Shown piece by piece: positions 34,673 through 43,282 of a stretch of 61,105 bases of DNA. Made by a program: the position numbers and the translations under genes. The notes beneath the pieces are model-generated. The model was not told where the DNA came from. It made no database searches and worked only from the letters and a program-made list of their open reading frames with translations. Origin of the DNA: Spirochaetia bacterium (GTDB taxonomy: Bacteria > Spirochaetota > Spirochaetia > SZUA-6 > Fen-1364); the NCBI GenBank assembly GCA_052144915.1, contig JBKQPS010000178.1, forward strand, positions 1-61,105, written 5' to 3'. Position 1 is the stretch's first letter. Every line of letters begins with the position of its first letter.

Positions 34673-35299
34673 ATGGGAAAAAAGGAAAAGAAGGTTCGGA
34701 TTTTTTCGGCCCTCGAGGTTGCGGATATTTGCGGCGTGGTAAACCAGACTGCGATCAACTGGATAAAAAACGGATTCCTGAAGGCCTTCATGACTCCGGG
34801 CGGCCAATATCGAGTCTATGCCGAAGACCTGCTTTCGTTCCTTTCATCGCGGGGGATGCGTGTCCCCGCGGGCCTCGTCGAGAGCACCGACACGGGTCCC
34901 GACTGGGACCGGCTGCTCATCGTCGATGATGACGAGAACATCAACATGCTCCTGAAACGATATCTCAGCCGTCTCTCCCCGAGCCTGAACGTCCTGCAGG
35001 CCTTCGATGGATACGAGGCGGGAAAACTGATCTCGGAGTCTCGGCCGGGGGTGATCCTGCTGGACATCAACCTTCCGGGCATCGACGGTCACAAGCTCTG
35101 CCGCCGCATCAAGGAGGACCCGACGCTCGGCTCGCCCATCATCATCGCGATCACCGGTCTCTCCGACGAGGGAATGGGCCAGCGGATCATCGAGGAGGGG
35201 GCCGACGCGTTTCTGCGCAAGCCTCTGGACTTCGAAAAGCTGCGGTCGACGATCGAAGAGCTCACCGCGTCGCGTCCCGGCAGGGAGACGGCGGGGTGA
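34673..35299 (+). CDS. Response regulator with N-terminal excisionase/MerR-type HTH and C-terminal receiver
   Basis: HTH IFSALEVADICGVVNQTAINWIKNG. Receiver LLIVDDDE, ILLDINLPGIDG, IIAITG, FLRKP. Confidence 0.85.
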   Translation: MGKKEKKVRIFSALEVADICGVVNQTAINWIKNGFLKAFMTPGGQYRVYAEDLLSFLSSRGMRVPAGLVESTDTGPDWDRLLIVDDDENINMLLKRYLSRLSPSLNVLQAFDGYEAGKLISESRPGVILLDINLPGIDGHKLCRRIKEDPTLGSPIIIAITGLSDEGMGQRIIEEGADAFLRKPLDFEKLRSTIEELTASRPGRETAG

Positions 35300-35652
35300 G
35301 CGGCGGACCGCTGATCCTGATCGTGGAGGACGAGGACTCGATCCGCCTCACGCTCCGCGACTACCTCAAAAAGAAGGGGCACGACGTGAGCGTGGCCTCC
35401 GACGGCGTCGGCGCCATCAAGCAGATCCTCGATCACCCCGTGCAGCTGATCGTGACCGACTACCGCATGGACATTCTCGGCGGCGACTACTGGATCCGGT
35501 TTCTCCGCGAGTTCTGCCCGGACAAGAAGGTCATCATCACCAGCGGCTTCCTGCAGCCGGAGTTTCCCATTCCCTATCCCGTGGTGTACAAGCCGTACGA
35601 CTACTCGGAGCTGGAAGGGTTGATCCGCAGGACCCTCGCAGAATCGGCTTGA
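35296..35652 (+). CDS. Stand-alone receiver (CheY-like) protein
   Basis: GTGA overlap with the upstream stop. LILIVEDED, LIVTDYRMD, VIITSG, VVYKP. Confidence 0.82.
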   Translation: MSGGPLILIVEDEDSIRLTLRDYLKKKGHDVSVASDGVGAIKQILDHPVQLIVTDYRMDILGGDYWIRFLREFCPDKKVIITSGFLQPEFPIPYPVVYKPYDYSELEGLIRRTLAESA

Positions 35653-35936
35653 AGGGCACGGGAAACGCCTCGTTCCACGCCGTGGTCACCGGGAGGGTCC
35701 AGGGTGTCGGCTTCCGATACTCGGCCGTGCGCCAGGCGCGCGAGCTGGGAATCTCCGGTACAGTATCGAACCGATGGGACGGGAGCGTGGAAGTGGACGC
35801 GGAAGGCGCGCTTCCGGATCTGGAGCGCCTGCTCGCCTGGCTGCGCCGCGGTCCCCCCGGGGCGCACGTGCGGGACGTGGAGGTGCAGTGGCTGCCCTGG
35901 ACGGGGCGCTTTCGGGATTTCGAGGTCGATTTCTGA
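35649..35936 (+). CDS. acyP: Acylphosphatase
   Basis: TTGA overlap with the upstream stop. Signature VTGRVQGVGFRYS, then G.V.N..DGSVEV.AEG. Confidence 0.88.
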   Translation: MKGTGNASFHAVVTGRVQGVGFRYSAVRQARELGISGTVSNRWDGSVEVDAEGALPDLERLLAWLRRGPPGAHVRDVEVQWLPWTGRFRDFEVDF

Positions 35937-35995
35937 TCGACCTGCCGACCCGCCCGCGACTTGCACCATTGCCAGGGCTCTGATAGAAAGTGTCG

Positions 35996-37870
35996 ATGTG
36001 CGGGATATTCGGCTACGCGGGACCCGAGGCTCGGGCCGAGGTTCTCATCGAGGGGATCAAGAGACTGGAATACCGGGGATACGATTCCTGGGGTCTCTGT
36101 CTCGCGGCGGATGAGCGGCTGTTCCTCGTACGCCGGGTGGGCCGGATCGGCGGAGTCGATGCCTCCAGCCTCGCGCTGGGGCCAGAGAGGCCCTCGCCAA
36201 ATCCGCCTCCGGCGGTGCCGAATCCGCCTCCGGCGGCGCGATCAGGGATCGCGCACACCCGCTGGGCGACCCACGGCGCGCCGACCGAGGCCAACGCGCA
36301 TCCCCACGTCGACTGCGCGGCGCGCATCGCGGTCATCCACAACGGCATCATCGAAAACCACGCCGCGCTGCGGGCCTCGCTCCAGGCCAAGGGGCACCGC
36401 TTCACCAGTGAAACCGACACCGAGGTCATTCCGCACCTTGTCGAGGAGCTGCTGAAGACCGAGCCCGATTTCCCGGCGGCATTCCTCGCCGCAATGAAAC
36501 TCCTCACGGGCGCCTACGGCATAGCCGCCCTGTGGGCGGAGACGCCGGACACGGTGTACGTGGCCCGTCACGGCAGCCCCATCGTCCTGGGCGTGGGCAA
36601 GAGCATCACGCTCGTGGCAAGCGACCCGGCTCCCCTGGTGGCGCATACTCGGGACGTGATCTATCTCGATGACGGCGAGGCGGCGATTCTGCACCCCGAC
36701 GGGTTCGAGACCCGTACGCTGGAGGGAGCTCCGGTCAGCAAGCAGGTCCGGCAGGTTGCCTTCAGCCTTCAGGATATCGAACGCGGGGGGTTCCCCCATT
36801 TCATGCTCAAGGAGATCGCCGAGCAGCCGGAGTCCATCCTCAACGCCATGCGCGGGAGGATCGTGCGCGCGGAGGGCACGGCGAAGCTCGGCGGCGTGGA
36901 AGAGGGCCTCCTGCGCAAGACGCGCCGCTGTCACATCGTGGCGTGCGGGACATCGTGGAACGCCGGCCTGGTGGGGAAATACCTCATGGAAAACCTCGCG
37001 GGGATTCCCACGCAGGTCACCTTCGGCGCGGAGTTCCGCTACGGTCACCCGGTGCTGGAGCCGGATACCCTCGTCATCGCCGTGAGCCAGTCCGGCGAGA
37101 CGGCAGATACCCTGGCCGCCGTGCGCGAGGCGAAGCTCATCGGCGCGGAGACGATCGGCATCTGCAACGTGGTCGGGTCCAGCATCGCGCGGGAATGCGC
37201 GAAGGGGATCTACACCCACGCGGGGCCCGAGATCGGCGTCGCATCCACGAAAGCCTTCACCAGCCAGCTCGTCGTGCTCAGCCTCCTCGCGGTGTACATG
37301 GGCCGGATGCGCGGGATGTCCCTGCGGGCCGGGCTTCTTTTCCTCGATGCCCTGGAACGGCTGCCCGCCCAGGCCGCGCAGATCCTCCAGGACAAGAAGA
37401 AGGTCGCCCGGATCGCCCGAAAATACGCTTCGTGCCGCGACTTCCTGTTCGTGGGACGGCTGTACGAGTATCCCACCGCGCTGGAAGGGGCGCTGAAGCT
37501 CAAGGAAATCTCCTACGTGCACGCCGAAGGCGTCCAGGCGGCGGAGATGAAACATGGACCGATCGCTCTCATCGAGCCCGGTGTTCCCACCGTCGTCCTT
37601 GCGGCGCAGACGGAGATCCGGGACAAGATGCTGGGCAACACGCACGAAATCCTTGCGCGGGCGGGCAGTGTCATTGCCGTGGCCCAGGAGGGAGACGAAG
37701 AGATGGCAAAGCTCGCCCACGACACGATCTTCATTCCGAAGACCCTGGATCCGCTGGTGCCGATCCTCTCCGTGATCCCCCTGCAGCTTCTGGCCTACTC
37801 CATGGCGATCGAGCGCGGGTGCGACGTGGACAAGCCCCGCAATCTCGCCAAAAGCGTCACGGTGGAGTAG
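35996..37870 (+). CDS. glmS: Glutamine--fructose-6-phosphate aminotransferase
   Basis: MCGIFGY N-terminus, GIAHTRWATHG, two SIS domains (ACGTSWNAG, SQSGETADT), and the C-terminal DKPRNLAKSVTVE. Confidence 0.96.
   Translation: MCGIFGYAGPEARAEVLIEGIKRLEYRGYDSWGLCLAADERLFLVRRVGRIGGVDASSLALGPERPSPNPPPAVPNPPPAARSGIAHTRWATHGAPTEANAHPHVDCAARIAVIHNGIIENHAALRASLQAKGHRFTSETDTEVIPHLVEELLKTEPDFPAAFLAAMKLLTGAYGIAALWAETPDTVYVARHGSPIVLGVGKSITLVASDPAPLVAHTRDVIYLDDGEAAILHPDGFETRTLEGAPVSKQVRQVAFSLQDIERGGFPHFMLKEIAEQPESILNAMRGRIVRAEGTAKLGGVEEGLLRKTRRCHIVACGTSWNAGLVGKYLMENLAGIPTQVTFGAEFRYGHPVLEPDTLVIAVSQSGETADTLAAVREAKLIGAETIGICNVVGSSIARECAKGIYTHAGPEIGVASTKAFTSQLVVLSLLAVYMGRMRGMSLRAGLLFLDALERLPAQAAQILQDKKKVARIARKYASCRDFLFVGRLYEYPTALEGALKLKEISYVHAEGVQAAEMKHGPIALIEPGVPTVVLAAQTEIRDKMLGNTHEILARAGSVIAVAQEGDEEMAKLAHDTIFIPKTLDPLVPILSVIPLQLLAYSMAIERGCDVDKPRNLAKSVTVE
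36196..36236 (+). repeat. In-frame tandem repeat (21-bp period) GCCRAATCCGCCTCCGGCGG inside glmS
   Basis: Copies at 36196-36215 and 36217-36236 with one mismatch. Encodes PNPPPAV-PNPPPAA in the loop just before GIAHTRW. Confidence 0.9.
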
Positions 37871-37874
37871 GGGC

Positions 37875-39161
37875 ATGGGCCCGCGAATCGTCCTTTTCGA
37901 GGATCACCTCCTGGACGACATGACCCCGATCTCCCTCACCCGGCCGGCGTTCTCCGTGACCTGCGCGTGCTACTCGCTGTACGAGATCGCCTCCACTGTC
38001 GGCGCGAAATCCGCCGCCGGAGGGGCCGAACCAGCCCCCTACTGGATCGTGCGGACCCATCTGCGCAAGACCACCGCCCAGCGCTTTGTCCTGCCGCCCC
38101 TGGAGCCCGGCGGCGCCAAATCCGCCGGGTACGGCGGCGCCCTGTTCTTTCTCAACGCGTCGGTCGTCCCCGACGTGCGGTACGCCGCGCGCATCCAGCA
38201 GCTCCGGGATAAGGGAGAGCCTTTCGTCGCCACGGCAGGCGCGCGCGTGTCGGCCGCCCTGGTGCCGGCGGGCAGCGCGATGCCGGACGTGCTCACCAGC
38301 GAGAACGTCACGCCGTGGCTCCTGGAGCTGAAGCTTCCCCTCATGGAGGAAGAGCTGTTCCGCACCCTGGATCACCAGTACGAGGTGATAAAGTACCTTG
38401 AGCCACTCTTCGCGGAGAACATCGCCCATCGCATCCGCGAAGGCCGATACCGGGAAGTCTCGCCGAAGGTCTTCGCGGCGGAGAACGTGTCAGTGGCGGA
38501 CACCGCGGTCTTTCGCACCGGGGAGGGCCCCGTGGTGCTCGAAAAGGACGTCGAGGTAGCCGACTTCGCATACGTCGTGGGCCCCGTCCACGTGGGGGCA
38601 CGCTCCCGGGTCATCGAACGTGCATCCCTGAAGGAACACGTGTGCATCGGGGAGACATGCAAGATCGGCGGCGAGGTCGAGGCGAGCATCATCGAAAGCT
38701 TCACGAACAAGCAGCACCACGGATTCCTCGGGCACTCCTGGGTGGGATCCTGGGTGAACCTGGGCGCCGGCACGAGCAACAGCGACCTGAAGAACTCCTA
38801 CGGAGAGATTCGGCTGGAGTATCCCCGCCGCCGCGTGGACACGGGGATGCAATTCCTGGGATGCGTCATTGGGGACTTCGCGAAGAGCGCGATCAACACG
38901 AGCATCTTCACGGGAAAAATCGTCGGCGTCTCCAGCATGCTCTACGGATTCATCGGCTCGAATGTGCCCAGCTTCTGCAACTACGCCCGTTCGTTCGGCC
39001 AGATCACCGAGTGCCCCGTGGACCAGGCCGTCCTGATCCAGAAGCGGATGTTCGCGCGCCGCGGGATTTCGCAGACACCCGAGGACGCGGCATTGTTGAA
39101 GGACGTCTTCGAGCTGACGCGCAGCGAACGGCTGATCTCCGACGAGCCTCCCGCTCTGTAG
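37875..39161 (+). CDS. Putative sugar nucleotidyltransferase / acyltransferase with left-handed beta-helix (GlmU-like)
   Basis: Starts 5 nt after glmS. The C-terminal half has hexapeptide-type repeats (IGETCKIGGEVEASII, VNLGAGTSNSDLKN, IGDFAKSAINTSI). The N-terminal half is nucleotidyltransferase-like. Family naming needs an HMM check. Confidence 0.7.
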   Translation: MGPRIVLFEDHLLDDMTPISLTRPAFSVTCACYSLYEIASTVGAKSAAGGAEPAPYWIVRTHLRKTTAQRFVLPPLEPGGAKSAGYGGALFFLNASVVPDVRYAARIQQLRDKGEPFVATAGARVSAALVPAGSAMPDVLTSENVTPWLLELKLPLMEEELFRTLDHQYEVIKYLEPLFAENIAHRIREGRYREVSPKVFAAENVSVADTAVFRTGEGPVVLEKDVEVADFAYVVGPVHVGARSRVIERASLKEHVCIGETCKIGGEVEASIIESFTNKQHHGFLGHSWVGSWVNLGAGTSNSDLKNSYGEIRLEYPRRRVDTGMQFLGCVIGDFAKSAINTSIFTGKIVGVSSMLYGFIGSNVPSFCNYARSFGQITECPVDQAVLIQKRMFARRGISQTPEDAALLKDVFELTRSERLISDEPPAL

Positions 39162-39168
39162 CGCTGTT

Positions 39169-39555
39169 TCAGCGTGTGTCCCCCGGCCCGCCGCCCGCGG
39201 GAAAGCGGGAAATCGTGCCCAGGACGAACGAAGCGACCTCCGCATCAATGCCCCCGCTCTCCTGGCGGAACCGCTCCGCGACCGGGGTGCGGTCGAACGC
39301 GCCGTCCGCGATGATGATCGGCGTCATCTTGGCGTGTCCGGGCACCTCGCCGGAATCGATGCGGTTGTGCTGGAAGCCGTGCGCGAGAGTCCACGTGAGC
39401 GCCCGCTCCCTCTGCTGCTTGTCGTAGCACAGCTGGAAACCGATGAGGCGCCGTTCATCATCGTACCAGACGATCAGGTCGAAATACTCGTCGGTGAACC
39501 AGCGTCGGTATCCCTCGCCCTGCACCTGGCGGGGGTTGCGTATTTCGCTGAGCAT
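39169..39555 (-). CDS. Hypothetical protein (128 aa), no domain recognised
   Basis: Clean ATG. The composition is not Arg/Gly/Pro-biased (YRRWFTDEYFDLIVWYDDERRLIGFQLCYDKQQ). Occupies an otherwise empty gap. Confidence 0.55.
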   Translation of the reverse strand: MLSEIRNPRQVQGEGYRRWFTDEYFDLIVWYDDERRLIGFQLCYDKQQRERALTWTLAHGFQHNRIDSGEVPGHAKMTPIIIADGAFDRTPVAERFRQESGGIDAEVASFVLGTISRFPAGGGPGDTR

Positions 39556-39611
39556 GGACAGGCATCCTCCTTTGCCCAGTATACTCCCCTTCGTGCGAGA
39601 GAGGCAGGAAG

Positions 39612-40148
39612 ATGACGCCGGATGACCACGTGGCGCTGATCCGGGAGGGCGCGGCAGAAGGAGGCTCGTGGGCTGACCTGGGCTCGGGGACCGGCGCCTT
39701 CACGCGCGCCCTTGCCACGCTCCTGGGAGACGCGGCCCGGATCTACGCCGTGGATCGGGACGCCGGTGCGCTTCGGACGCTCCAGCGCGACCTCGGATCC
39801 CGTTTTCCTCTCGTCCGGGCTGTTCACGCGGATTTCACCGAAGACATGCCGATTCCTCGACTGGACGGGATCCTGATGGCGAACTCGCTGCATTTCCACG
39901 CCGATGCCTGTGCAGTCCTGTCCCACGCGGCCCGGTGGCTGAGGCCCGGCGGCCGGCTCATCATCATCGAATACGACATCGAAACAGCGAATCCGTGGGT
40001 GCCGTACCCGCTCCCCTGGGCGCGCCTGGCGCCGGTCCTGGAATGCGCCGGCCTTTCCCGCGCGCGGCTGCTGGGCACGCGCCCAAGCAGGTTCCACCGA
40101 AGGGTGTACGCGGCCGCGTGTGACGCCACTGGCGCGGGCCCCCGTTGA
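39612..40148 (+). CDS. Class I SAM-dependent methyltransferase
   Basis: Motif I DLGSGTGAF, then IYAVDRD, and post-I/II GILMANSLHF and LRPGGRLIIIEY. Confidence 0.8.
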   Translation: MTPDDHVALIREGAAEGGSWADLGSGTGAFTRALATLLGDAARIYAVDRDAGALRTLQRDLGSRFPLVRAVHADFTEDMPIPRLDGILMANSLHFHADACAVLSHAARWLRPGGRLIIIEYDIETANPWVPYPLPWARLAPVLECAGLSRARLLGTRPSRFHRRVYAAACDATGAGPR

Positions 40149-40182
40149 TGTATACTCTCGCTGCGCAGGAGGACGCACATCG

Positions 40183-41013
40183 ATGAACGACACCCGCAGG
40201 CCCGTGGACGACGGCGACTGGAACATGGCCTTCCTTTTTCCCGACGAGGTCGTCGCGGCGCGGTCCCGCACCGGGCTGGCGATCCTGCCCCTGGCGCCCG
40301 TCGAATGGCACGGACCCCACCTCGCAATGGGATGCGACGGCCTGCTCGCCCACGGGTTCGCCCGCAGGATCGCGCGGGAGCTGCGCAGCCCCTATTTCCC
40401 GCCGCTGTTCGTGGGCACGGAACGCGAACGCCGCCCGGAGACGCTCGCCGCGCTCGGGTTTCCCGTTTCCGCTTACGTCGAAGGAATGGATTTCCCCGCC
40501 ATTCCGGTCAAGAGCGCGTACGTCCGCGAGGAAGTGTTCAGCCTCGTGGTGCGCGGCACGCTGGATGCGCTGTTCCACCGCCTGGAGTTCAAGGCGGTGG
40601 TGATCGTCAACGGGCACGGCGCGGACAACCAGCGAGGCGTGCTCGACCGGCTCTGCGCCGAGTACAACGCCGGCGGGGCGCGGCGCCTCATGTGGGTCTA
40701 CCCCGGCTTTCCGCGCTCGCTGGTGGCGGGATCGATCGGGCACGCGACCGCGGATGAATCCTCGATGCTCATGGCAATGTGGCCGGGATGCGTGGACCTC
40801 ACCCGCCTGCCGCGCTCGGGACCGCTGCGGAATATCGAGCACGCCGTGGTGGACGGGGATACGTTCGACGGAGCGCCGACACCGGATTTCACCGTGCGGC
40901 CGGCGCAGGACCCGCGGGGTCACACCAGCGCGGAGACGGGCGAACGGTTCGTGGAAGAGGCCGCGCGGGAGGCGGTCGCCGACATCCGCGCCTGGCTCGC
41001 ACTCCCGGCCTGA
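40183..41013 (+). CDS. Creatininase-family amidohydrolase
   Basis: ILPLAPVEWHGPHL, VIVNGHGADN and GHATADESS are motifs typical of the creatininase/ArfB/MftE family. Confidence 0.78.
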   Translation: MNDTRRPVDDGDWNMAFLFPDEVVAARSRTGLAILPLAPVEWHGPHLAMGCDGLLAHGFARRIARELRSPYFPPLFVGTERERRPETLAALGFPVSAYVEGMDFPAIPVKSAYVREEVFSLVVRGTLDALFHRLEFKAVVIVNGHGADNQRGVLDRLCAEYNAGGARRLMWVYPGFPRSLVAGSIGHATADESSMLMAMWPGCVDLTRLPRSGPLRNIEHAVVDGDTFDGAPTPDFTVRPAQDPRGHTSAETGERFVEEAAREAVADIRAWLALPA

Positions 41014-41145
41014 ATGCCGCCAGGAGCGACCGCGAACCATCGCGTTCCTCCGGGGGCCCTCCGCGGCAGCCCGTCGCTCGTGTTTCTTGACTTTGGGAAC
41101 TCGTGAGATTAGTGTGAGCCGATTTTGACCAAAGGAGATCACGGC

Positions 41146-42435
41146 ATGAGCTACGCGAGGAAAGACCTGGCGCTCTACGGCGGGCCCCGGGCGAAGCACT
41201 CCCCCTCGATCCCCATGTTTCCCGGCGGCCTGGAGATCGGCGCGGAGGAAAAAAAAGAAGTCATGGAGGTGCTGGACAACAAGTACCTGTTCCGCTACTA
41301 CGGCCCGAAAGAATCCCCCTCCAAGGTCAAATCACTTGAGGAGGACTACGCGAGATACCTCGGCACCCGTCACTGCCTTGCCCTGAACTCGTGCACCTCC
41401 GCGCTCATCACCGCGCTGGTGGCAGTCGGCGTGGGGCCGGGGGACGAGGTCATCGTTCCCTCCTATACATTCTTCGCGACGTGCGCCGCGGTGGTCGCCG
41501 CCCGCGCAATCCCGATCGTGGCCGAAGTGGACCGCTCCCTCACCATGGATCCGGTCGACATGGAGGAGAAGATCTCTTCCCGCACGAAAGCCGTCATTCC
41601 CGTCCACATGCGTGGGATGCCGGCAAAGATCGACCGCATCATGGAGATCGCCCGGAAGCATTCTCTGAAAGTGATCGAGGACGTGGCCCAGGCAAACGGG
41701 GGGTCTTTCCGCGGAAAGCCGCTCGGCTCTTTCGGCGACATCGGCTGCTTCTCCCTGCAGTTCCACAAGATCATCACCTCGGGGGAGGGCGGCGTCCTCG
41801 CCACGGGCGACGACCTGCTGTACACGCGGGCCCAGGCGTACCACGACGTGGCCGCCTGCTGGCGGAAGGACCGCTTCGCGCCGCCCGATTACCCGGGCGA
41901 GATCTTCTTCGGAGTGAACTACCGAATGAGCGAGCTCACGGGGGCGGTGGCCCTCGCGCAGTTCCGGAAGCTCGACACGATCGTCTCGCGGATGCGGCGC
42001 AACAAGAAGCTCATCAAGGACGGGATCCGGAACCTCGCGGGCCTGGAGTTCCGCGAGGTCACCGACGAGGCAGGAGACACCGCCATCTGCCTGGTCTGGT
42101 ACCTCCCCCGGGGGGACCAGGTGGAGGAGTTCGTGAAGGCGCTCCAGGCGGAGGGCGTCGAGGCGGGAGGGATCTACAACAAGGGCGTTCCCGACTGGCA
42201 CGTGTATCCGCATTGGAAGATGCTCATGGACAAGATGATGCCGACGCAGAAGGGATGCCCGTTCAACTGCGCGCAGAGCGGCCCCGTCCCCGACTACGCG
42301 CCCGACGCCTGTCCCCGGACGATGGAGCTTCTCGGCCGCTCCGTGCACCTGGACGTCCCGCCGCAGCTCACTGAAAAGGACTGCGCGCAGGTCGCCGAAG
42401 GCATCCGCAAGGTGACGAGCGTCCTGGTGAGCTGA
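41146..42435 (+). CDS. DegT/DnrJ/EryC1/StrS-family PLP aminotransferase
   Basis: RBS AAAGGAG. LNSCTSAL, VIVPSYTFFAT, VIPVHMRGMP, and the Lys region FSLQFHKIITSGEGG. Confidence 0.85.
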   Translation: MSYARKDLALYGGPRAKHSPSIPMFPGGLEIGAEEKKEVMEVLDNKYLFRYYGPKESPSKVKSLEEDYARYLGTRHCLALNSCTSALITALVAVGVGPGDEVIVPSYTFFATCAAVVAARAIPIVAEVDRSLTMDPVDMEEKISSRTKAVIPVHMRGMPAKIDRIMEIARKHSLKVIEDVAQANGGSFRGKPLGSFGDIGCFSLQFHKIITSGEGGVLATGDDLLYTRAQAYHDVAACWRKDRFAPPDYPGEIFFGVNYRMSELTGAVALAQFRKLDTIVSRMRRNKKLIKDGIRNLAGLEFREVTDEAGDTAICLVWYLPRGDQVEEFVKALQAEGVEAGGIYNKGVPDWHVYPHWKMLMDKMMPTQKGCPFNCAQSGPVPDYAPDACPRTMELLGRSVHLDVPPQLTEKDCAQVAEGIRKVTSVLVS

Positions 42436-42446
42436 GCGGGGGAAAC

Positions 42447-43262
42447 ATGATCACATTGAGCGCGTGCGTCGAAGCCTTCTTTGCCGAGCTGCCCTACCCG
42501 GAACGCATCCGCCGCGTGGCGGGCCTCGGCTTCACGGCATACGAGTTCTGGTTCCCCGACAAGCGCTTCAACGGCAGGGGACTCATCGAGGAGAAAAAAG
42601 ACTTCGACCAGCTCGCGGAGCTGAACGCACGGCATGGGCTCACGGCGGCTGATTTCGTGTTCAACCATCCCGATGGGGGCATCGTCGCGTCGCTGGTCGA
42701 CGCGCGGGACCGGCAGAAGCTCCGGGACGGCATCGAAGAGACGATCGGCCTTGCAAAGAAGATCGGCTGCCGCGCGCTCATCAGCGGGAGCGGGAACACG
42801 GTGCCGGGTCTCTCGCGCACGAAAGCGCTGGACAGCATGGTGGAGTCACTTTCCCTGCTCGCGCCGGTGTGCCGGAGCAACGGGATCACGCTGCTCGTGG
42901 AGCCGTTCAACTCCCGCGTCGATCATCCCGACTGCTTCCTCGACGATCCCGAGACCTGCGCCGAAGTGCTGCGGGCGGTGAACAGCCCGTCGGTGAAGAT
43001 GCTCTTCGACATCTACCACATGCAGATCATGCACGGCGACATTCTCTCGTTCGTGACGCGGAACCTCCCCGCCATCGGCCACTTCCACGTTGCCGGTGTG
43101 CCCGGGCGGCACGAACCGTCTCCGTGTGAGCTGGACTATCCCTTCATCCTGAAAGAGATCGATGCCCTGGGGTATGCCGGATACTTCGGGCTGGAGTACT
43201 GGCCCGCGGGTGATCCGGAGGAATCGCTGCGACGCACGATGCGGGCGCTCGCGCCGGTGTGA
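42447..43262 (+). CDS. Hydroxypyruvate-isomerase-like sugar phosphate isomerase/epimerase (xylose isomerase-like TIM barrel)
   Basis: Colinear with E. coli Hyi as I recall it: LLVEPFN, MLFDIYHMQIMHGD, GHFHVAG.PGRHEP, GYFGLEYWP. Confidence 0.8.
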   Translation: MITLSACVEAFFAELPYPERIRRVAGLGFTAYEFWFPDKRFNGRGLIEEKKDFDQLAELNARHGLTAADFVFNHPDGGIVASLVDARDRQKLRDGIEETIGLAKKIGCRALISGSGNTVPGLSRTKALDSMVESLSLLAPVCRSNGITLLVEPFNSRVDHPDCFLDDPETCAEVLRAVNSPSVKMLFDIYHMQIMHGDILSFVTRNLPAIGHFHVAGVPGRHEPSPCELDYPFILKEIDALGYAGYFGLEYWPAGDPEESLRRTMRALAPV

Positions 43263-43282
43263 GCCGAAAACAGGAGGGGCGC

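Noticed and set aside
35937-35995. glmS ribozyme upstream of glmS.
   Set aside because: Only 59 nt separate acyP from the glmS start, which is far shorter than the ribozyme. I see no matching core sequence.
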